From Octopus sinensis (lineage: Eukaryota), in assembly GCF_006345805.1 (NCBI RefSeq), contig NC_042997.1:174592001-174656000 (forward strand): a DNA stretch of 64,000 bases. The letters run 5' to 3'. Position 1 is the stretch's first letter. Each line of letters begins with the position of its first letter. Positions 26,163 to 40,842 of the stretch are shown here, piece after piece. The translations under genes were made by a program, and so were the position numbers. The notes beneath the pieces were generated by a model. It did no database searches and had not been told where the DNA came from. It saw nothing but the letters and a program-made list of their open reading frames with translations.

Positions 26163-26330
26163 TACCCCCTCAATATATGCCAGGATACCAACTCGATATA
26201 TGCATGCATGTATGTGCCTGCACGAATGTATATAATTATATATGTATTCATTTTAATTGTTTTAATTACGAACTTTTATTATCCTTGCCAAAAATGCCCT
26301 CCTTCTTTCTATGTTGTCTTCCTTTCTATA

Positions 26331-26480
26331 ATACGTTCTGAGTCTAAATTCCGCCGAGGTCGACTTTGCCTTTCATCCTTTCGGGATCAATAAATTAAGT
26401 ACTAGTTACGTACTGGGGTCGATCTAATCGACTTGCCCCTCCCCAAATATTTCGGGCCTTGTGCCTAGAGTATAAAAGAA
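26331..26480 (+). mobile_element. SINE family A, 5'-truncated
   Basis: acgttctgagtctaaattccgccgaggtcgactttgcctttcatcctttcggg. Confidence 0.8.
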
Positions 26481-27227
26481 TATATATATACACACACACA
26501 CACATACACATATTATAGAATATGGATCAGGTCATACCAATGTGGCGTATATGAAAGAAATATAGCAAAAGGTTTCAAGTTGGAATATGATACGCAAAAT
26601 ACTTTATGCTCGTTTCTAAGAAATTAACATAAAGCATGTTACATTTTACATGGTTGTGTCATATTAGTAGTACATATGCTTGTATATTCCATGTAAGCAA
26701 ATATCTCTAAATATTTTGGCAGATGTTCTACCGATTTTACCATCCAGATCTCTTGGTTATAAATTGTCGCATATGCGTTTGTATAAAAGTGTGTAGGTGT
26801 GTATCTGTTTGTGTGGAGGTATGCGCAAGAATGTTTCCGTGCGCATTTGTAATGTTGGTTTCAAATTTTGACACAAGGCCAGCAATTTCAGGGGTGGTGT
26901 GAAGTCGATTGGATCGACCTCAGTGTGCCACTGCGACTCCTTTTATCGATTCCGAAAGGATGAAAGGCAAAGTCAACCATTTTGCCCGGCGTGCCAAGGG
27001 TCTGTCAGTTTTCCACCTTACTGTGTACATTCATTATATGAAAGTATGTAATGCTTTCAAAGTTTCGCACAAAGTCAGGGATTTTGATATTAAGGCATAA
27101 GTCGATTTGAGCAACCTAGTGCTCAACTTATATTTATTTCATCGATCCCGAAAGTATGAAAAGCAAAGGCAATATCGGTGAAATTTGGGCCTACAACGTA
27201 AATTCCGCTAAACATTTCGTCTGCCGC

Positions 27228-27625
27228 GGTGAGAAGTTTAGTTCCGGACCACCTGGTTCCGGGTTCATTCACATTGCGTAATACCTTGGGCAAGTGTCTT
27301 CTACTGTAACCTCGGATCGACCAAAGCCTTATGAATGGATTTGGTTGACAGAAACTGAAAGAAGCCTTTCAAATATGTATGTAAGTATGTGTCAATGTGT
27401 GTGTGTGTCTTTGTGTCTATGTATGTCCCCTCCACCAGCACTTGACAACCGATGTTAGTGTGGTTATGCCCCTGAAATTTAGGAGTTCAGTAACAAGTGA
27501 CCGATATAATAAGTAGTAAGCTTACAGTAAAAATAAGTACTGCGGTCAATTCGTCCGACTAAAAGTTCCACAAGATGGCGCCACAGCATGGCCGCAGTCT
27601 AATCACTGAAAAAAAGTAAAAGATA
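27228..27625 (+). mobile_element. SINE family B
   Basis: ggttccgggttca...accttgggcaagtgtcttctact...gcatggccgcagtc. Confidence 0.8.
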
Positions 27626-28426
27626 AATAATCAAAGATAGTACATCCATATATACAATCATATAAAGTTACTGGATATATGAAACAACTACAAAAGTGTA
27701 ATAAATAAATTGAAACATTTAGCGAATTAAGTTATAGTAAAAAACGTCTGAATCTTGAGATTAAGCATTATGGGGTTAACGATAAATTGGTGGCTTAAAA
27801 CTTCAGGGTTTTGAATAGGAGGGGCAGGTTCGTAAAATATGAAATTGGAGGCGAAAAAATATCATGTTGGCGGTCGATATCTCAGCAACGAAAGCCCAAA
27901 GATCATGTCAAATTATCTCACTGTAAAATAATTGACATGGTAGAGGTATACGTGTGAAAGGTCACCAGTTGTAGCTACTACTCCTCCATGTCAGTCAAAG
28001 ATATCTATCTTGGTTCTCCATTCGTCATAACGAGATTCGGAGTTCACGTGGTGTTTCATGCGAGATCACTGCATCCAGTAAGCAGCCAACAGCTCTAGCA
28101 CCAGCAACATGTCGAAGTAATAATCGCTGGCAATTATGTCTGCTTGTTATGGCCAATAACATCAGGGAATTCTGAAGTAAAATCATAGAGGGAAATATCA
28201 GCCAATAATACTATGAAACTTTTTTCCTTGTTCTTAATTCAGCCTGTCCTATTCTCTTACTCTTTCCTTAGCTTTTACGTCATCTTTTATAAACATAGGC
28301 TTTCAGATCTGTGCGTGCGCGCATGGGGGTGTCCCTGTGTGTGTGTGTGGGTGTGCATGCTTGTCTGTGTTGTATGTATGTATGTATACATGTATGTATG
28401 TATATATACATATACATATATATATA

Positions 28427-28477
<51 letters not shown>

Positions 28478-28480
<3 letters not shown>

Positions 28481-28696
28481 TCTTTTACTTGTTTCAGTCA
28501 TTTGATTGTGGCCATGCGGAAGCACCGTCTTTAGTCGAGCAAATCGACCCCAGGACTTATTCTTTAGAAGCCTAGTACTTATTCTATTGGTCTCTTTTGC
28601 CGAACCGCTAAGGTACGGGGACGTAAACACACCAGCATCGGTTGCGATGTTGGGGGACAAACACAAGCACATAAACACACCCACATACACACCCAA

Positions 28697-28733
<37 letters not shown>

Positions 28734-28836
28734 CATATATACGACAGCTTCTTTCAGTTTCCGTCTACCAAATCTACTCACAAGGTTTTGGTCGGCCCGA
28801 GGCTATAGTAGAAGAAACTTGCCAAACAGCCACTCC
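28478..28836 (-). mobile_element. SINE family B, head partly deleted
   Basis: tactcttttacttgtttcagtcatttga...cccaggacttattc...ggtcggcccgaggctatagtagaaga. Confidence 0.85.
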
Positions 28837-28900
28837 TATAATTTTTTTCAGAATGAGGTAAAAGCCAATGCTGTGAAGATTTTAGAACATTTATAAATAG

Positions 28901-28948
28901 GTCTTACAGCTGTTTCCGGGATATTTATTATATCCCTTCATCGGAGAC
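28901..28948 (-). ncRNA. Minimal type I hammerhead ribozyme motif (PLE-type)
   Basis: rc: gtct-CCGATGA-a-gggatat-aataa-atatccc-g-GAAAC-AGCT-GTA-agac; stem I gtct/agac, 7-bp stem II, palindromic tetraloop stem III. Confidence 0.8.
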
Positions 28949-29286
28949 GGTGTGAGAAAATGGTTAAGCAATAGATAAGATACGAAATAGAGAGTGAAGT
29001 GGAGGATTGAAAATAGATGTGAGATATGCAAGGATATTACATTTGTAGATCCATTATTTTGTGAGAATGGTATACATATAAGATTCCAATACCTTGTGAG
29101 TAAAATCCAATAGCATTTAAAATTAGTCATTCCAAGTATAGAGTTTGTACAGAGTGCTATTAAATCAAACCCAGAAAGATGAATAGATAGAAAGATAGAT
29201 AGATGCATACAAACATACATACATGCATACCTACACACACATACGTCACACACAGACGTACATACACATACACACGTGAATTACGC

Positions 29287-29317
<31 letters not shown>

Positions 29318-29849
29318 AATAATTGCGTAATATAAATATGAGTATGTCTTCCTCTGTATAATTATGTGGTCCCGATCATATGTACAAGTTCTTATGTGTA
29401 TGAGTATAAAGTGGTAGGAGTTGCACTACTACTATCAAAAATCATTCAAATCACGTGATATATTTGTTCCTCTATTCAATCACCAAACAAATGAGATTAC
29501 AATCTTTGATTACAACCATCTGACAGAAATTCTATATTTATTCTCCTAATCTATAATTTAAGATATTCTTTCTGCCATTGACCTTTTTTTCGTGAGTAAG
29601 ACACAGTGTCATGACGTTCCTGAAAGCAATTCCTAACTCCGTATCTCGATATACCAGTAGCAATGATCTCTTTTAGCCTCAAAGGTGATAAGATTGTATC
29701 AATTGGAGAATTGGTTAAGTTTACATTCAAAAATAAGCACACTAACTACGTTTTATGTGTGCAGTGTGACTGTCTTTTTTAATCTTTTTAACTAAGGAAT
29801 CTGAAAAAAAAACTATCATTACGTGTTCTATTAAGGCCAATATGCAGTG

Positions 29850-30174
<325 letters not shown>

Positions 30175-30853
30175 AAGGAAGTGAACTTGCAGAATTGTTA
30201 TCATGGTGGGAAAAATACGGCATTTCGCACGTCTTTGCGCTTTGATTGCTAACTATTCTGACGTCGGCTTTGTCTTTCAACATTTTGGGCTCTATTTGCT
30301 GCCCCTCCCTAAATTTGAGCCCTTGTGCCTATAGTAGAGAGGATTATTAAGGTGGTGACTTGACAAAACCTTTAGCACGCCGGGCAAAATGTCGTTGTCG
30401 TCGTTGTTGTTATTAGTTGGATGTGCTTCATTTCAGTTGGTAGAGACTTCATTGATTTTGTTAGAAATGTGTTGTCTTGAACTTTGCGTTTCTTTAAATA
30501 AGGACGGCTACTGCATCAAGAGCGTGACAGCAGGCGTGGGTCTTAACTTTCACCTCTCTTAAAACAAAAATTTCACCATATTTTAAATTTCAATGTTAAA
30601 ATCATGTTACACCAAAACATACATTCATTAAACTTCGTGAAATTGTAGAAGGTAAAACGATTCCTCTGACTAAAGCATAGAATAACGACGTTTCCTCTAA
30701 ACTCAAACATTACAGTTTGGCTACCATTGGCAGCAGTATAGGGGGGAAATGGATGACAACGAAAACAACAACAACAGCAGTGATGGCAACAAGAATCCCA
30801 AGCGACAGCAGCAACGGAAACGACAGCAGCAGTAACAACAACAACAGCAGCAG

Positions 30854-31334
30854 TGGAGGCGCAATGGCCCAGTGGTTAGGGCAGCGACTCACAGTCGTAA
30901 GAACGCGGTTTCGATTCCTAGACCAGTCATTGTGAGTGTTTATTGAGCAAAAACACCGAAGCTCCACGAGACTCCGATGGGGTGGGGTAAACCCCGCTGT
31001 ACTCTTTCACCACAATTTTCTCTCACTCTTTCCTCCTACTTCCGCCTCAATACAGAGGAACCATGGTTTAACGCGCTATGGTATGGTAAACTTTTAGACC
31101 CTAGTCTAGATTGCGAATCCTCTGTATCCCAGGATGGTTCAGCTTTCCACCCGTTAAAAGCCACCGTTTACGGAATGAGGATAACAACGTAGCTTTCGCT
31201 CTCGTGCAACCTCCAGTCTACACGCATTCTTAGTAGCTTAGAGTAGACTCGAATTAGAGATTATTCTTTGTGGCTAATGACGTGAGTCCTCACTGGAAGA
31301 AGAAGAAGAAGGAGGAGGAGAGGGAGGAGAAGAA

Positions 31335-31365
<31 letters not shown>
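30854..31365 (+). mobile_element. SINE family C with body type 3 and (GAA)n tail
   Basis: Family C head, then ccctagtctagattgcgaatcctctgta...gtgagtcct..tggaagaagaag; second copy at 49437-49938. Confidence 0.85.
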
Positions 31366-31366
<1 letters not shown>

Positions 31367-31614
31367 CAACACCAGTACCAACGACAATAATAACAACAAA
31401 GTCATAGAGGCAATACCACGGGCGGGTGATTTTTGGATGGCATTACAGCAATGTAATCTTCTCGCTCTCCAATAAAATTATATCAAAACATGTCAGATGT
31501 TTTTTATGGGTACATGTTATTTTTATCATTTTTGCCGCCGATTTTGTGACTTTTGGCTGAAACACATTGACGAAAGGTATATACCCACATATGTATGCAT
31601 ACAAGCACACACAA

Positions 31615-31850
31615 CCTATTTCTTTACTAACCACAAGGGGCTAAACACAGAGGGGACAAACAAGGACAGACAAACGGATTAAGTCGATTGCATCGACCCC
31701 AGTGCGTAACTGGTACTTAATTTATCGACCCCGAAAGGATGAAAGGCAAAGTCGACCACGGCGGAATTTGAACTCAGAACGTAACGGCAGACGAAATACA
31801 GCTACGCATTTCGCCCGGCGTGCTAACGATTCTGCCAGTTCGCCGCCTTT
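31615..31850 (-). mobile_element. SINE family A, full length
   Basis: Near-consensus head, body and ...gtttagccccttgtgg..gtaaagaaatagg tail. Confidence 0.9.
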
Positions 31851-32514
31851 ACAAGCACACACAACCGCGTTTTCACAGATAAGGCATTGGCAAACCCGAA
31901 ACCATGGTAAAAAAAGATAGTGTCTGTCTAACATAGTGAACAGTGGTGGTTACGAAACAAATACTTCGGGCACACAGCAAAGCTTACTTACACCGCCCGA
32001 AATACTTGCATCCAATCCAGAATGTGTTAAAGGGACCGAGAACAATAGTGTACTGTCATGATAATTTAATATGACAAAACTGAAAATTAAATGGAGTTAC
32101 TCACAAGTAACCGAAATTCTCAAACAGAGGATTCTAGTTAATTACACAAGATAAAAATTCTGTTGGATCTTACAATACACCCTCTTAAAGTACAGATAAA
32201 TTAATAAGCCTAGATGAATATGGCTGGAATAAATATTTTGTTTTCCTCTTTCCTCTTACCTTCAGTTTTATTTTTATTTTTACGTTGGAGTATAGGACTC
32301 GAATACACGAATGTTTCAGGTGGTATTGAAAAGAGTTTGTTTTACCAGAATATATGAAAACTAGTTCTTTATAGACAAAACAACGGTGACAAAATAATCA
32401 TGAGAAGCTACGATTTCTGTAACATCTGTAATAACATTTGTTCGACGGAGGATCCGGCGCTTTTTATACAGGGCTTCGCCAACTTCTTGGGAGATACTGA
32501 TCTGTTCCTTGTTC

Positions 32515-32792
32515 CTGGCTCATAACAGCCGATATCCCGGTTTCCTTGGCGTATAGGTTCCCCACCCGAACGGGACGCCGGTCCGACGCAGGTGAGCTGC
32601 AAGATGCAGGAGGAAAGAGTGAGAGAAAGTTGTGGCGAAAGATTCAGCAGAAGTTCGCCACTACCATCTGCCGGAGTCGCGTGGAGCTTAGCTGTTTTGC
32701 TCATAAACACACACATCGCCCGGTCTGAGAATCGAACCCACGATCCCTTGACATCAAGTCCGCTGCTCTAACCACTAGGCCATGTGCCTCCA
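32515..32792 (-). mobile_element. SINE family C with V-domain-like body
   Basis: rc tggaggcacatggcctagtggttagagcagcggac...ctgcgtcggaccggcgtcccgttc...gaaaccggg. Confidence 0.8.
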
Positions 32793-32926
32793 CTCTACTG
32801 ATCTGTACTTGTGCACAACCGTTGTTGACATTGAAAACTTCTCCACTTTGAGCTTGGAAAGTCAAATTTGAATAGTTGTAGCCATGATAGGGGCCTCTAC
32901 TTGGTCAATCGATCTGTTACAGACGT

Positions 32927-33057
32927 TGTGTGGATGCCCCCAGACGATGAAGTAGACTAGCCCAATACGTAGATATAGAGGCAGAAGTCTAGCCGGTAGA
33001 CTAGAACAGAGTAGAGTAGAGTTAAGTAGTAGAGGCAACCGAACGTGCGACATAACA
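32927..33057. mobile_element. Short TG...CA bounded repeat (solo-LTR-like), copy 1
   Basis: tgtgtggatgccccagacgatgaagtag...ccgaacgtgcgacataaca; same ends as 40272-40509. Confidence 0.6.
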
Positions 33058-33489
33058 AGATAGTAACCAAATGTTCCACCGCATCAACCATCGTCCCCTG
33101 CATTCTCACCACTGCTTCTAACAACAATACCACTGCCATCACCTCTTCCAAACTATTGAAACCAACTCCTGCTCATCTTTACCAGAATCTGTCTACCTCA
33201 TACAACATTAATTTCCACCGCCATATTATCACCAAAACACAATTCCACCACCACTATCATCACAACTAATACCGTAATAACCTGCATTCTTATTTGCACC
33301 TCTTCAACACCTTCACCGATATGCTGGTCATTGTACCGCCTTCTTTTTTGCACCCCACATAGCCGGCCTAATTCATCATGCCTTACCGAACCCACTCCCA
33401 AATCTCCCACAACACCACCAGCAACATCCTCTCAACCACAGCTACCACATTCACCACTAACGTCCTTATTATCCACTTACTCTTTCTCT

Positions 33490-33880
33490 TTTACTCTTTT
33501 ACTTGTTTCATTTTACTGCGGCCATGCTGGAGCACCACCTTTAGTCGAGCAAATTGACACAAGGACTTATTCTTTGTAAGCCTAGTACTTATTCTATCGG
33601 TATCTTTTTGCCGAACCGCTAAGTTACGGGGACGTAAACACACCAGCATCGGTTGTCAAGCGATGTTGGAGTGGACAAACACAGACATACAAACATAAAC
33701 ATATACATATACATATATACGACGGGCTTCTTTCAGTTTCCGTCTACCAAATCCACTCACAAGGCTTTAGTCGGCCCGAAGCTATAGTAGAAGACACTTG
33801 CCCAAGGTACCATACAGTGGGACTGAACCCGGAACCATGTGGTTGGTAAGCAAGCTACTTACCACACAGCCACTTCTGCG
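33490..33880 (-). mobile_element. SINE family B, full length
   Basis: Near-consensus tail, body and head (caagctacttaccacacagccac). Confidence 0.9.
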
Positions 33881-34338
33881 CCTTCGTCTCTAACTCTTCA
33901 AGCAGAACTTCCCTGCTACGCTAAGAAAACAAAACCCGACTTCACTACAGTCACTCCTAATGTAACCACAATCACCGTCATCGTCTGCATTATGCCACCA
34001 CCACCAACAACGACAATAGCAGCGACAACTGCGGAACCTCTACCACCATCATCTCTTACTATTTGTGTTACAAGTCTTTCGACCGATTCCTTTCCAGCTA
34101 CCAATATCACAAACAGCCATTAAACCACCGTCTTTATCGTCATTCTCGCCACCACCGCCCGACCAGCAGGAACAATAACATCAACACCACTGCTGGCGCT
34201 TTCACTACTATCATCCTATCTCCTCACTTTCAAACTTTTCAAACCAACTCTTTTCTTCCAATGCACATTACACACCACCACCATCACCATCACAACCATT
34301 GACACCGCAGCCGCCCACTTACTACTACTACTACTACT

Positions 34339-34504
34339 GTAGCAAAAGAAGTAATAAAGATAGACTTTTTTTTCTATTCGAAAGAAAAAACGATTTTATT
34401 CATTTTATCGATCGCATTCTCACCTGGAATCGATTTTTGTAATCGTCGGTATCTACATATCAAATTTGAGCGCAATCGGATGGAGGATGCCTGAGATCCT
34501 AGAA

Positions 34505-34585
<81 letters not shown>

Positions 34586-34607
34586 AGAACGGATTTTATT
34601 TAATAGA
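34339..34607 (-). mobile_element. Non-autonomous Helitron-like element, family 2, with internal (CA)n
   Basis: rc starts A|TCTATTAAATAAAATCCGTTCTG; colinear with 39027-39282. Confidence 0.65.
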
Positions 34608-35798
34608 TAGCAATATAACAACATTCAATACATCTCAGGTTTACAAACTGATGTGGTCAATCGATCTGCTGATAACTTGCTAGTAATAACAACCAAACCT
34701 CTAAGAAATCACACCCTACCGTCGTAAAAAAAGAAAAAGACTAGAATTCCTTTGATCATTAGACTTTCCAATCAAAAACTAACCTGCGACTAAACAACAA
34801 CAGTAACAATTCCTCAAGATTTCCGTTATTTTCAAGAAGGACAGGGGCGTTTTAGTAGGGTTTTGGTGGAGGAGGGCTCTCTAAGATAAACCCCCTTTCG
34901 CTGTTGTTTATTCGCTACTTTTCCGAGAGATGTCTTGTCGCCGTTTAGTTTACTCTTTGTATATCTGTCTGTCGTTGTTTATTTAAAATGACGATCATTT
35001 TCGTTTACTCTTTACTCAACCTCTGACTTCTTTGCTTTAACAAACGACGTTTCTGCTAGCTTTAACGTTTGTCTTTCTTAAATATTTTATACTATTCCGC
35101 CACACACACGAACACGCACGCATTCACAAACACACACACACACACCACATACACATGCTCCTGTACATCCTTACATACACCGCATTTTTTCTTATCTTCC
35201 GTTGTGGAGGGTTGCGTTTTTTCATTGCAAGTAATTCTTCCTTTCTTGACCCCCCGCTCCCCACTAGACACACAGACATACGCACACATACACAAAAACC
35301 TACACATTCTTATCTTCCCTTTTGTTTTCGGGGAATTTTTTCTTCCACTTTCTGCCTTCTTTTTATATATTTTCTTTATGTCTCCTTCTGTTACTTCCAA
35401 CGTCACCCGCCATCACCAACGCTACTACATCTGTTTATTTTATTCTGCTTATATACGTGTGTGAGTGCGTGAGTGTGTGTGTGAGTGCGTGAGTGTGTGT
35501 GTGAGTGTACATATATAGGAGTACGTGTGTGCGTAGGAGTGTGTGTGTGTGTGTCGATATTATTCGTTTCTTTTGGTTTTAATGTTGACATTTTGCTATT
35601 AATCTTGTTCGTTTTTGTTGTTTTAAGAGATTTCGCGAATATCCTTTAGCCAACATGTGCCGCCGTCAATTTGTCATTCTTGCCAAATATATAATAAATT
35701 CGAGACCATATCTCACATCTAACCCAGGTTTTTGTTTGTTTCCTTTATTATTATCATTGTTGTTGTTTTTGTTGTTGCTGTTGTTGTTGTTGTTGTTG

Positions 35799-35833
<35 letters not shown>

Positions 35834-36274
35834 GTTAGTTTTATTATTTTGTTTTATTATATTATAACAACTTGTTTGTTTACAACTTATCACTTATCAC
35901 GTTAGCTCACTTTTAAGTAAACAGAATGTATTAACACATGGCTTAAGATGGGACGCAGTTAGCGACTGCGACGAACTCAAATATACACACACAGACGCAC
36001 ACATACGCACATGCACACATACCCATTTACACACATAGATGCAGAGACAGAGACAGAGTGGGAGAGACAGAGAGGGGTGGGTGAGAGGAACAGAAACGGA
36101 GACAGGGAGAGAAATACAAGGTCAAAGCGTATAAGATTATTGAAAGTTCTATATTATAAAAGGGACTTCAAACAATGGCAAAATGTTCCAACTTTTTCTT
36201 CAGAGTGTTGGGTAGTCAAATTAATCTATCCTGGTATATGATTGGTATTTATCAACCACAGTAAAAAGGAAGGC

Positions 36275-36500
36275 GGAGGAGCGTGGCTTAGTGGTTAGGG
36301 TGATGGACTCACGATTGTAAGATTGGTTTCGATTCCTGGGCCGAGCGATGCGTTATGCACTTGAGCATAACACTTCATTTCATGTTGCTCTAAACCACTC
36401 AAATGGCAAAAATGAGTATTCCGTTATTTAGTCCAGGATGGGGAATATATAGACCAAATTACCGGGAAAACAGACCCCATGATTCTGTATGACTCGGGAA
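36275..36500 (+). mobile_element. SINE with C-type head, degenerate
   Basis: ggaggagcgtggcttagtggttaggg...tttcgattcctggg...ttgagcataacacttcatttc. Confidence 0.7.
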
Positions 36501-36549
36501 TGAGTATTTTCCGTTATTTACCTTCAGAAAATAAGGGCGTAACAAGATA

Positions 36550-36767
36550 TTGATTTCACATTTTTGGCACCAGGCCAGCAATTTCGGGAGAGTGAGGTAA
36601 ATCGATTTTATCAATCCCAGAGACTAACTGGTACTTGTTTTATAGATCCCGAAAGGACGAATAGCAAAGTCGATTCCGGCGGAATTTGAACTCAGAACAT
36701 GAAGACGGACGAAATGCCGCTAAGCATTTTGCCCGGCGTGCTAATGATTCTACCAGCTCGCCGCTTA
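36550..36767 (-). mobile_element. SINE family A
   Basis: ggcggaatttgaactcagaac...gcattttgcccggcgtgctaatgattctaccagctcgccgc. Confidence 0.85.
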
Positions 36768-38149
36768 AGGCATAACAAGCTATTGTAAACTACATATTCC
36801 TTCACACTATCGAGTCTACTTTCCACTTCATACCCGTGATAGTCACTTGATCTGGTGAGAAACAGTAGCTAAACTGCATCAACTCACAACGTAACGTGTC
36901 TTGAAAAAATCATGTCGGAGAATGTGGTCATGGATTCCTTATAAATATTAAAATGATGGAAAGGTCATGGTTAGAATGCCTTTGATAATAGGTCTGATCG
37001 ATCAGAATTAAGTGGGATTATACAATTTCAACAACAACACTCAGTTGCTCTGTAATAAAGATTGTGCCTGCAGCCAATGACAGAACCAATAAAAGGACGT
37101 TTGGTCTGCCAGAAATGACAACAAGATCCTCAACAAATTTTATTGTACTAATTTTGGAGCGCAGTTTTAGAGTTTTAGATACGTTATTCTTGAAGAAGAA
37201 ATAGATGGATATGGCTGGGAGCTTTTAACCGTATGTCTCGCTCGATCAAGATCGATCATTGGCTAAGAGGACTGCTTAACCATTGAGCCATACAAAATGA
37301 CAAGATGATCACTGATCGAACACCATTGCTCATAGATCTGGCCAACAAGGGTCTCACCTGGGGTTGAAACAACAACAACAATAACATACAACAATAACGA
37401 ATTGTGTGTTTTTTCGTTGACGACGCAGCAATTTATAAAAATGTTATCGTGCAATCAATCTATGCCAGGCATTCGGAAACATTTCGTACGTACAGAACCA
37501 TCTAGATTGAAAGAAACTTTTTACGGCCTAAATGATATCAAGAAAAAAAATACTAAAGTCAGTAATCCTTAAGATAACGTGATTGCATAATTTAGTTACT
37601 TTTCAACCGGTAAAAATCTGTATTTGGAATTAAAGATGTAAATTGTAAGCGAATGACAACTTTTATAATCAGTCTGCTTCTAAATGTCTTAATTTATAAT
37701 TGAATGAAATGAAAAAGTTTTGAGACGGAAAAATGTAGTTAAGAGGAATATTAACTCTTTCAAACTATAGCTGGTAGACTAGGATGTTCCATTAAATATT
37801 GTTTCTAATTTAGACATAAGATCAGCAATTTTAGGAAGAGTTAATCAATACTTGACTAGGACATTATTTTATCGATCCTGAAGGGATAAAAGGCTGAGCT
37901 GACTTCAGTGGGATCTGAGCACTGAACGGAAAAGAGATGGAAAAAGTACAACCTACACAGCTATAAGATATCAGGAATAAAATTACTCCTTAGAAGAGTA
38001 TTTATATTCTTGTCAACAATCCAAGACGCCAGAGAAAGAAATCCACTGAATAACGCATGCATTGATTAGCAACGGGCATTCCAAAAGACTAGTAGACTAG
38101 TAGAACTACCGGATAAGACAAACACAAATACATTACATGTTGATCAGAG

Positions 38150-38870
38150 AATAAACCCAATGAAAATACACAAATGTAATATACATTCATTTTATGAGCC
38201 AAATGCATAAAATCTATGGAACAGACGAATACTTAATGAAAAACCTCAAACACCGGAACGTAACATGCATCACACCCAATCATAAACTTAACTCATAATT
38301 TACAAAAAAATACCAAACAAAACGCTTCCTTATACACAATATACTGCAATTATGTAACCTAGAGAACACACGCTATTAATTACCACTATGATCTATAACT
38401 TCGAAAGTAAAATTAAAGTTTGAAAATTGCAAATTTCAAACCCCCAGCTGCTACATTGTGAATACTATGTCAGCGATTTCTCATAGGCATCCATGCATTT
38501 ACAAGGAACAATCGCAAAATACTATACCTTACACCGCAAAACAAAGTTAGCAAAATACGTACACTCTCTATAAAATTCCTCATGAACATAGAAGATTAAT
38601 TGTGGAAACCATAATTACATGACAGTACAATTCCAAAATAAACATACAAGCAACATATCCAAAACAGATTAACACATGGCTACCTATGGATCAGAAATTG
38701 CACCAAAACAACCAAATCAACGTAGAAATCTAACGATCAAAAAGTGTTTGTGTCTAAGTCTACATGAAACAATACAGACGCCAAGCAAATTAAATTCATG
38801 AAAATGAGATTTTTCAAGTCTGGAAACATCGAATATGAAATTAGGATATTTGTTGTTCCAAACACTAATG
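38150..38870 (+). pseudogene. Highly decayed Penelope-like GIY-YIG endonuclease region
   Basis: Across frameshifts, motifs occur in the expected order: YCN, MIY, CYIVNT, RKTKLAKYVHSL, WK, C-x-L-x-LHE, LNS..NEIF..WKHR; strongly A-rich strand. Confidence 0.45.
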
Positions 38871-39026
38871 GGAAAATACGAAAAGTCTAAAATAAAACGA
38901 TAAAACTTAAATACAGACTTGTATTTAATGAAACATATATACATACAAATACACTCTCTCATGCATACAGAGACACATATATACAAATACATATATGAAT
39001 GCACGCATACACATACAATGCATATA

Positions 39027-39282
39027 TCTATTATATAAAATCCGTTCTGTCTGTCTCTGTGTGTGTCTTCTAGGATCTCGGGCATCCTCCATCCGATTGC
39101 GCTCAAATTTGAAATGTAGATACCGACGGTATCAGGGCGTGTACAAGTCTTGCAAAAATTAGAAAATTCCATTCCAGGTGAGAATGCAATCGATAAAGCC
39201 GTAGGAACGTGCATTTGTACGCGCAATAAAATCGGTTTTCTTTGGAATAGAAATAGTCTATCTTTATTTCTTCTTTTGCTGG
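39027..39282 (+). mobile_element. Non-autonomous Helitron-like element, family 2
   Basis: A|TCTATTATATAAAATCCGTTCTGTCTGTC start and CTGG|T end; no clear terminal hairpin. Confidence 0.65.
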
Positions 39283-39414
39283 TGTCTCAAATTTCGGTTA
39301 AATCAGTGTTTCTCAAAGGGGAGGCCTATGGGACGTTCGGACTAGTTATTTTGAGAAAATTTGGTTTAAATGTTTGACAACTCAGCACCGTCCATTGGAC
39401 GGGGGGCGTTTTGC

Positions 39415-39524
<110 letters not shown>

Positions 39525-39674
39525 TGTATATACATACATACATACATGCACAAATATACACATACATACACACACACACATACATACATACATACATACA
39601 TACATACATACATACATACATACATACATACATACATGCATACATATATACATACATGTATGCATGCATACATA

Positions 39675-40842
39675 TACGAGGTGGCATCAAAAGTTTCCCG
39701 GACTAGTGATGTTTAATAAAATAAGATAAACTTATTTAATTAGATTTTAACATCATCTGCTTCGAAATAGTCACCGTGAACAGCAATGCAGCGCTCCCAG
39801 TCTTTCTACTACTTCTGGAATCTGACCTGGAAGTCGTTTTCTGTAAGCGGGTCGAGGATCTTTTGCGATTCATTCTGGATTTCGACAGCAGTGTATAAAC
39901 GGCAAAATTTGAGCGGCGTTTTCATTTTGAGGAAAAGGTGGAAGAGTCCGCAGATGCTAAATCTGGCGAATAGGGCGGGTACGAAAGCGATACCATGTAG
40001 TTTTTGGCGAAAAATTCACGAGTGAGCAGAGTTTGGTGACAAGGTGCATTGTTGTCGTGAAGAATCCAATTCTTCGCGCACAACAGATCTAGTCACTTTC
40101 ACCGAATGTCCTCCCTCAAACGCTTCAAAACGTTGCTGTTGAACTTTGGACTGACGGTCTAGCCATGAGGGGTGAATTCCCGATGCACAGCACCACATTT
40201 TCGGGAGTGACGCCCGTGGAAGTTCTTCCAGACCGTTTATCGTCTTCCAGGGACGATCTTTCGATTTTTGCTGTGTGGATACCCCCAGACGATGAAGTAG
40301 GCTATCTCAATACGTAGATATAGAGGGAGAAGCTTAGACGTCAAGAGAACAGTCGAGCAGCGGTGAGAGCACAGTAGTAGAGAGTCAAGAGTCGAGCAGA
40401 GTTGAGTAGCGGTGAGAGGACAGCACAGTAGAGTAGAGTCGAGAGGGGCAGTCGGAGCAGAGAGCAGAGAGAGTTGAGTAGTAGAGGCATCCGAACGTGC
40501 GACATAACACTTTTGAAGTGCCCGAGCAACCCACTCGAAACATTGCGTACGACCCATTGCCTTGCCGCCGTAAGCTTGCCGAAGCATGCTGAACATCCCT
40601 GTAGTAGACTTCCCAAGTTCAACGCGAAATTTCACGTTGGCACTTATAGCAAAATTGCAGACCATAGCAAACATGTAATCACAAAAATACAAATTTCACA
40701 AGTTGCGTAGTAAACACAGCAATGTCACTCGCCACACTGCCTCATGAAGGCCACTGTTAGCTCTCAGTTCGCACGTAACTGTGTGTTGCCATCTGTTGGC
40801 GCGCTACACAACTAGTCCTGGAACTTTTGATACCAACTCGTA
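39675..40842 (-). mobile_element. Mariner transposon, internally deleted, both TIRs present
   Basis: TIRs ta-cgaggtggcatcaaaagtttcccggactagt and actagtcctggaacttttgataccaactcg-ta; minus-strand remnants VKFRVELGKS..AYG..CFEW, WILHDNNAPCH, PPYSPDLASAD, GDYFE. Confidence 0.92.
40272..40509. mobile_element. Short TG...CA bounded repeat (solo-LTR-like), copy 2, nested in the mariner
   Basis: Same termini as 32927-33057 with a longer purine-rich middle; interrupts the transposase after HFKS. Confidence 0.65.
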
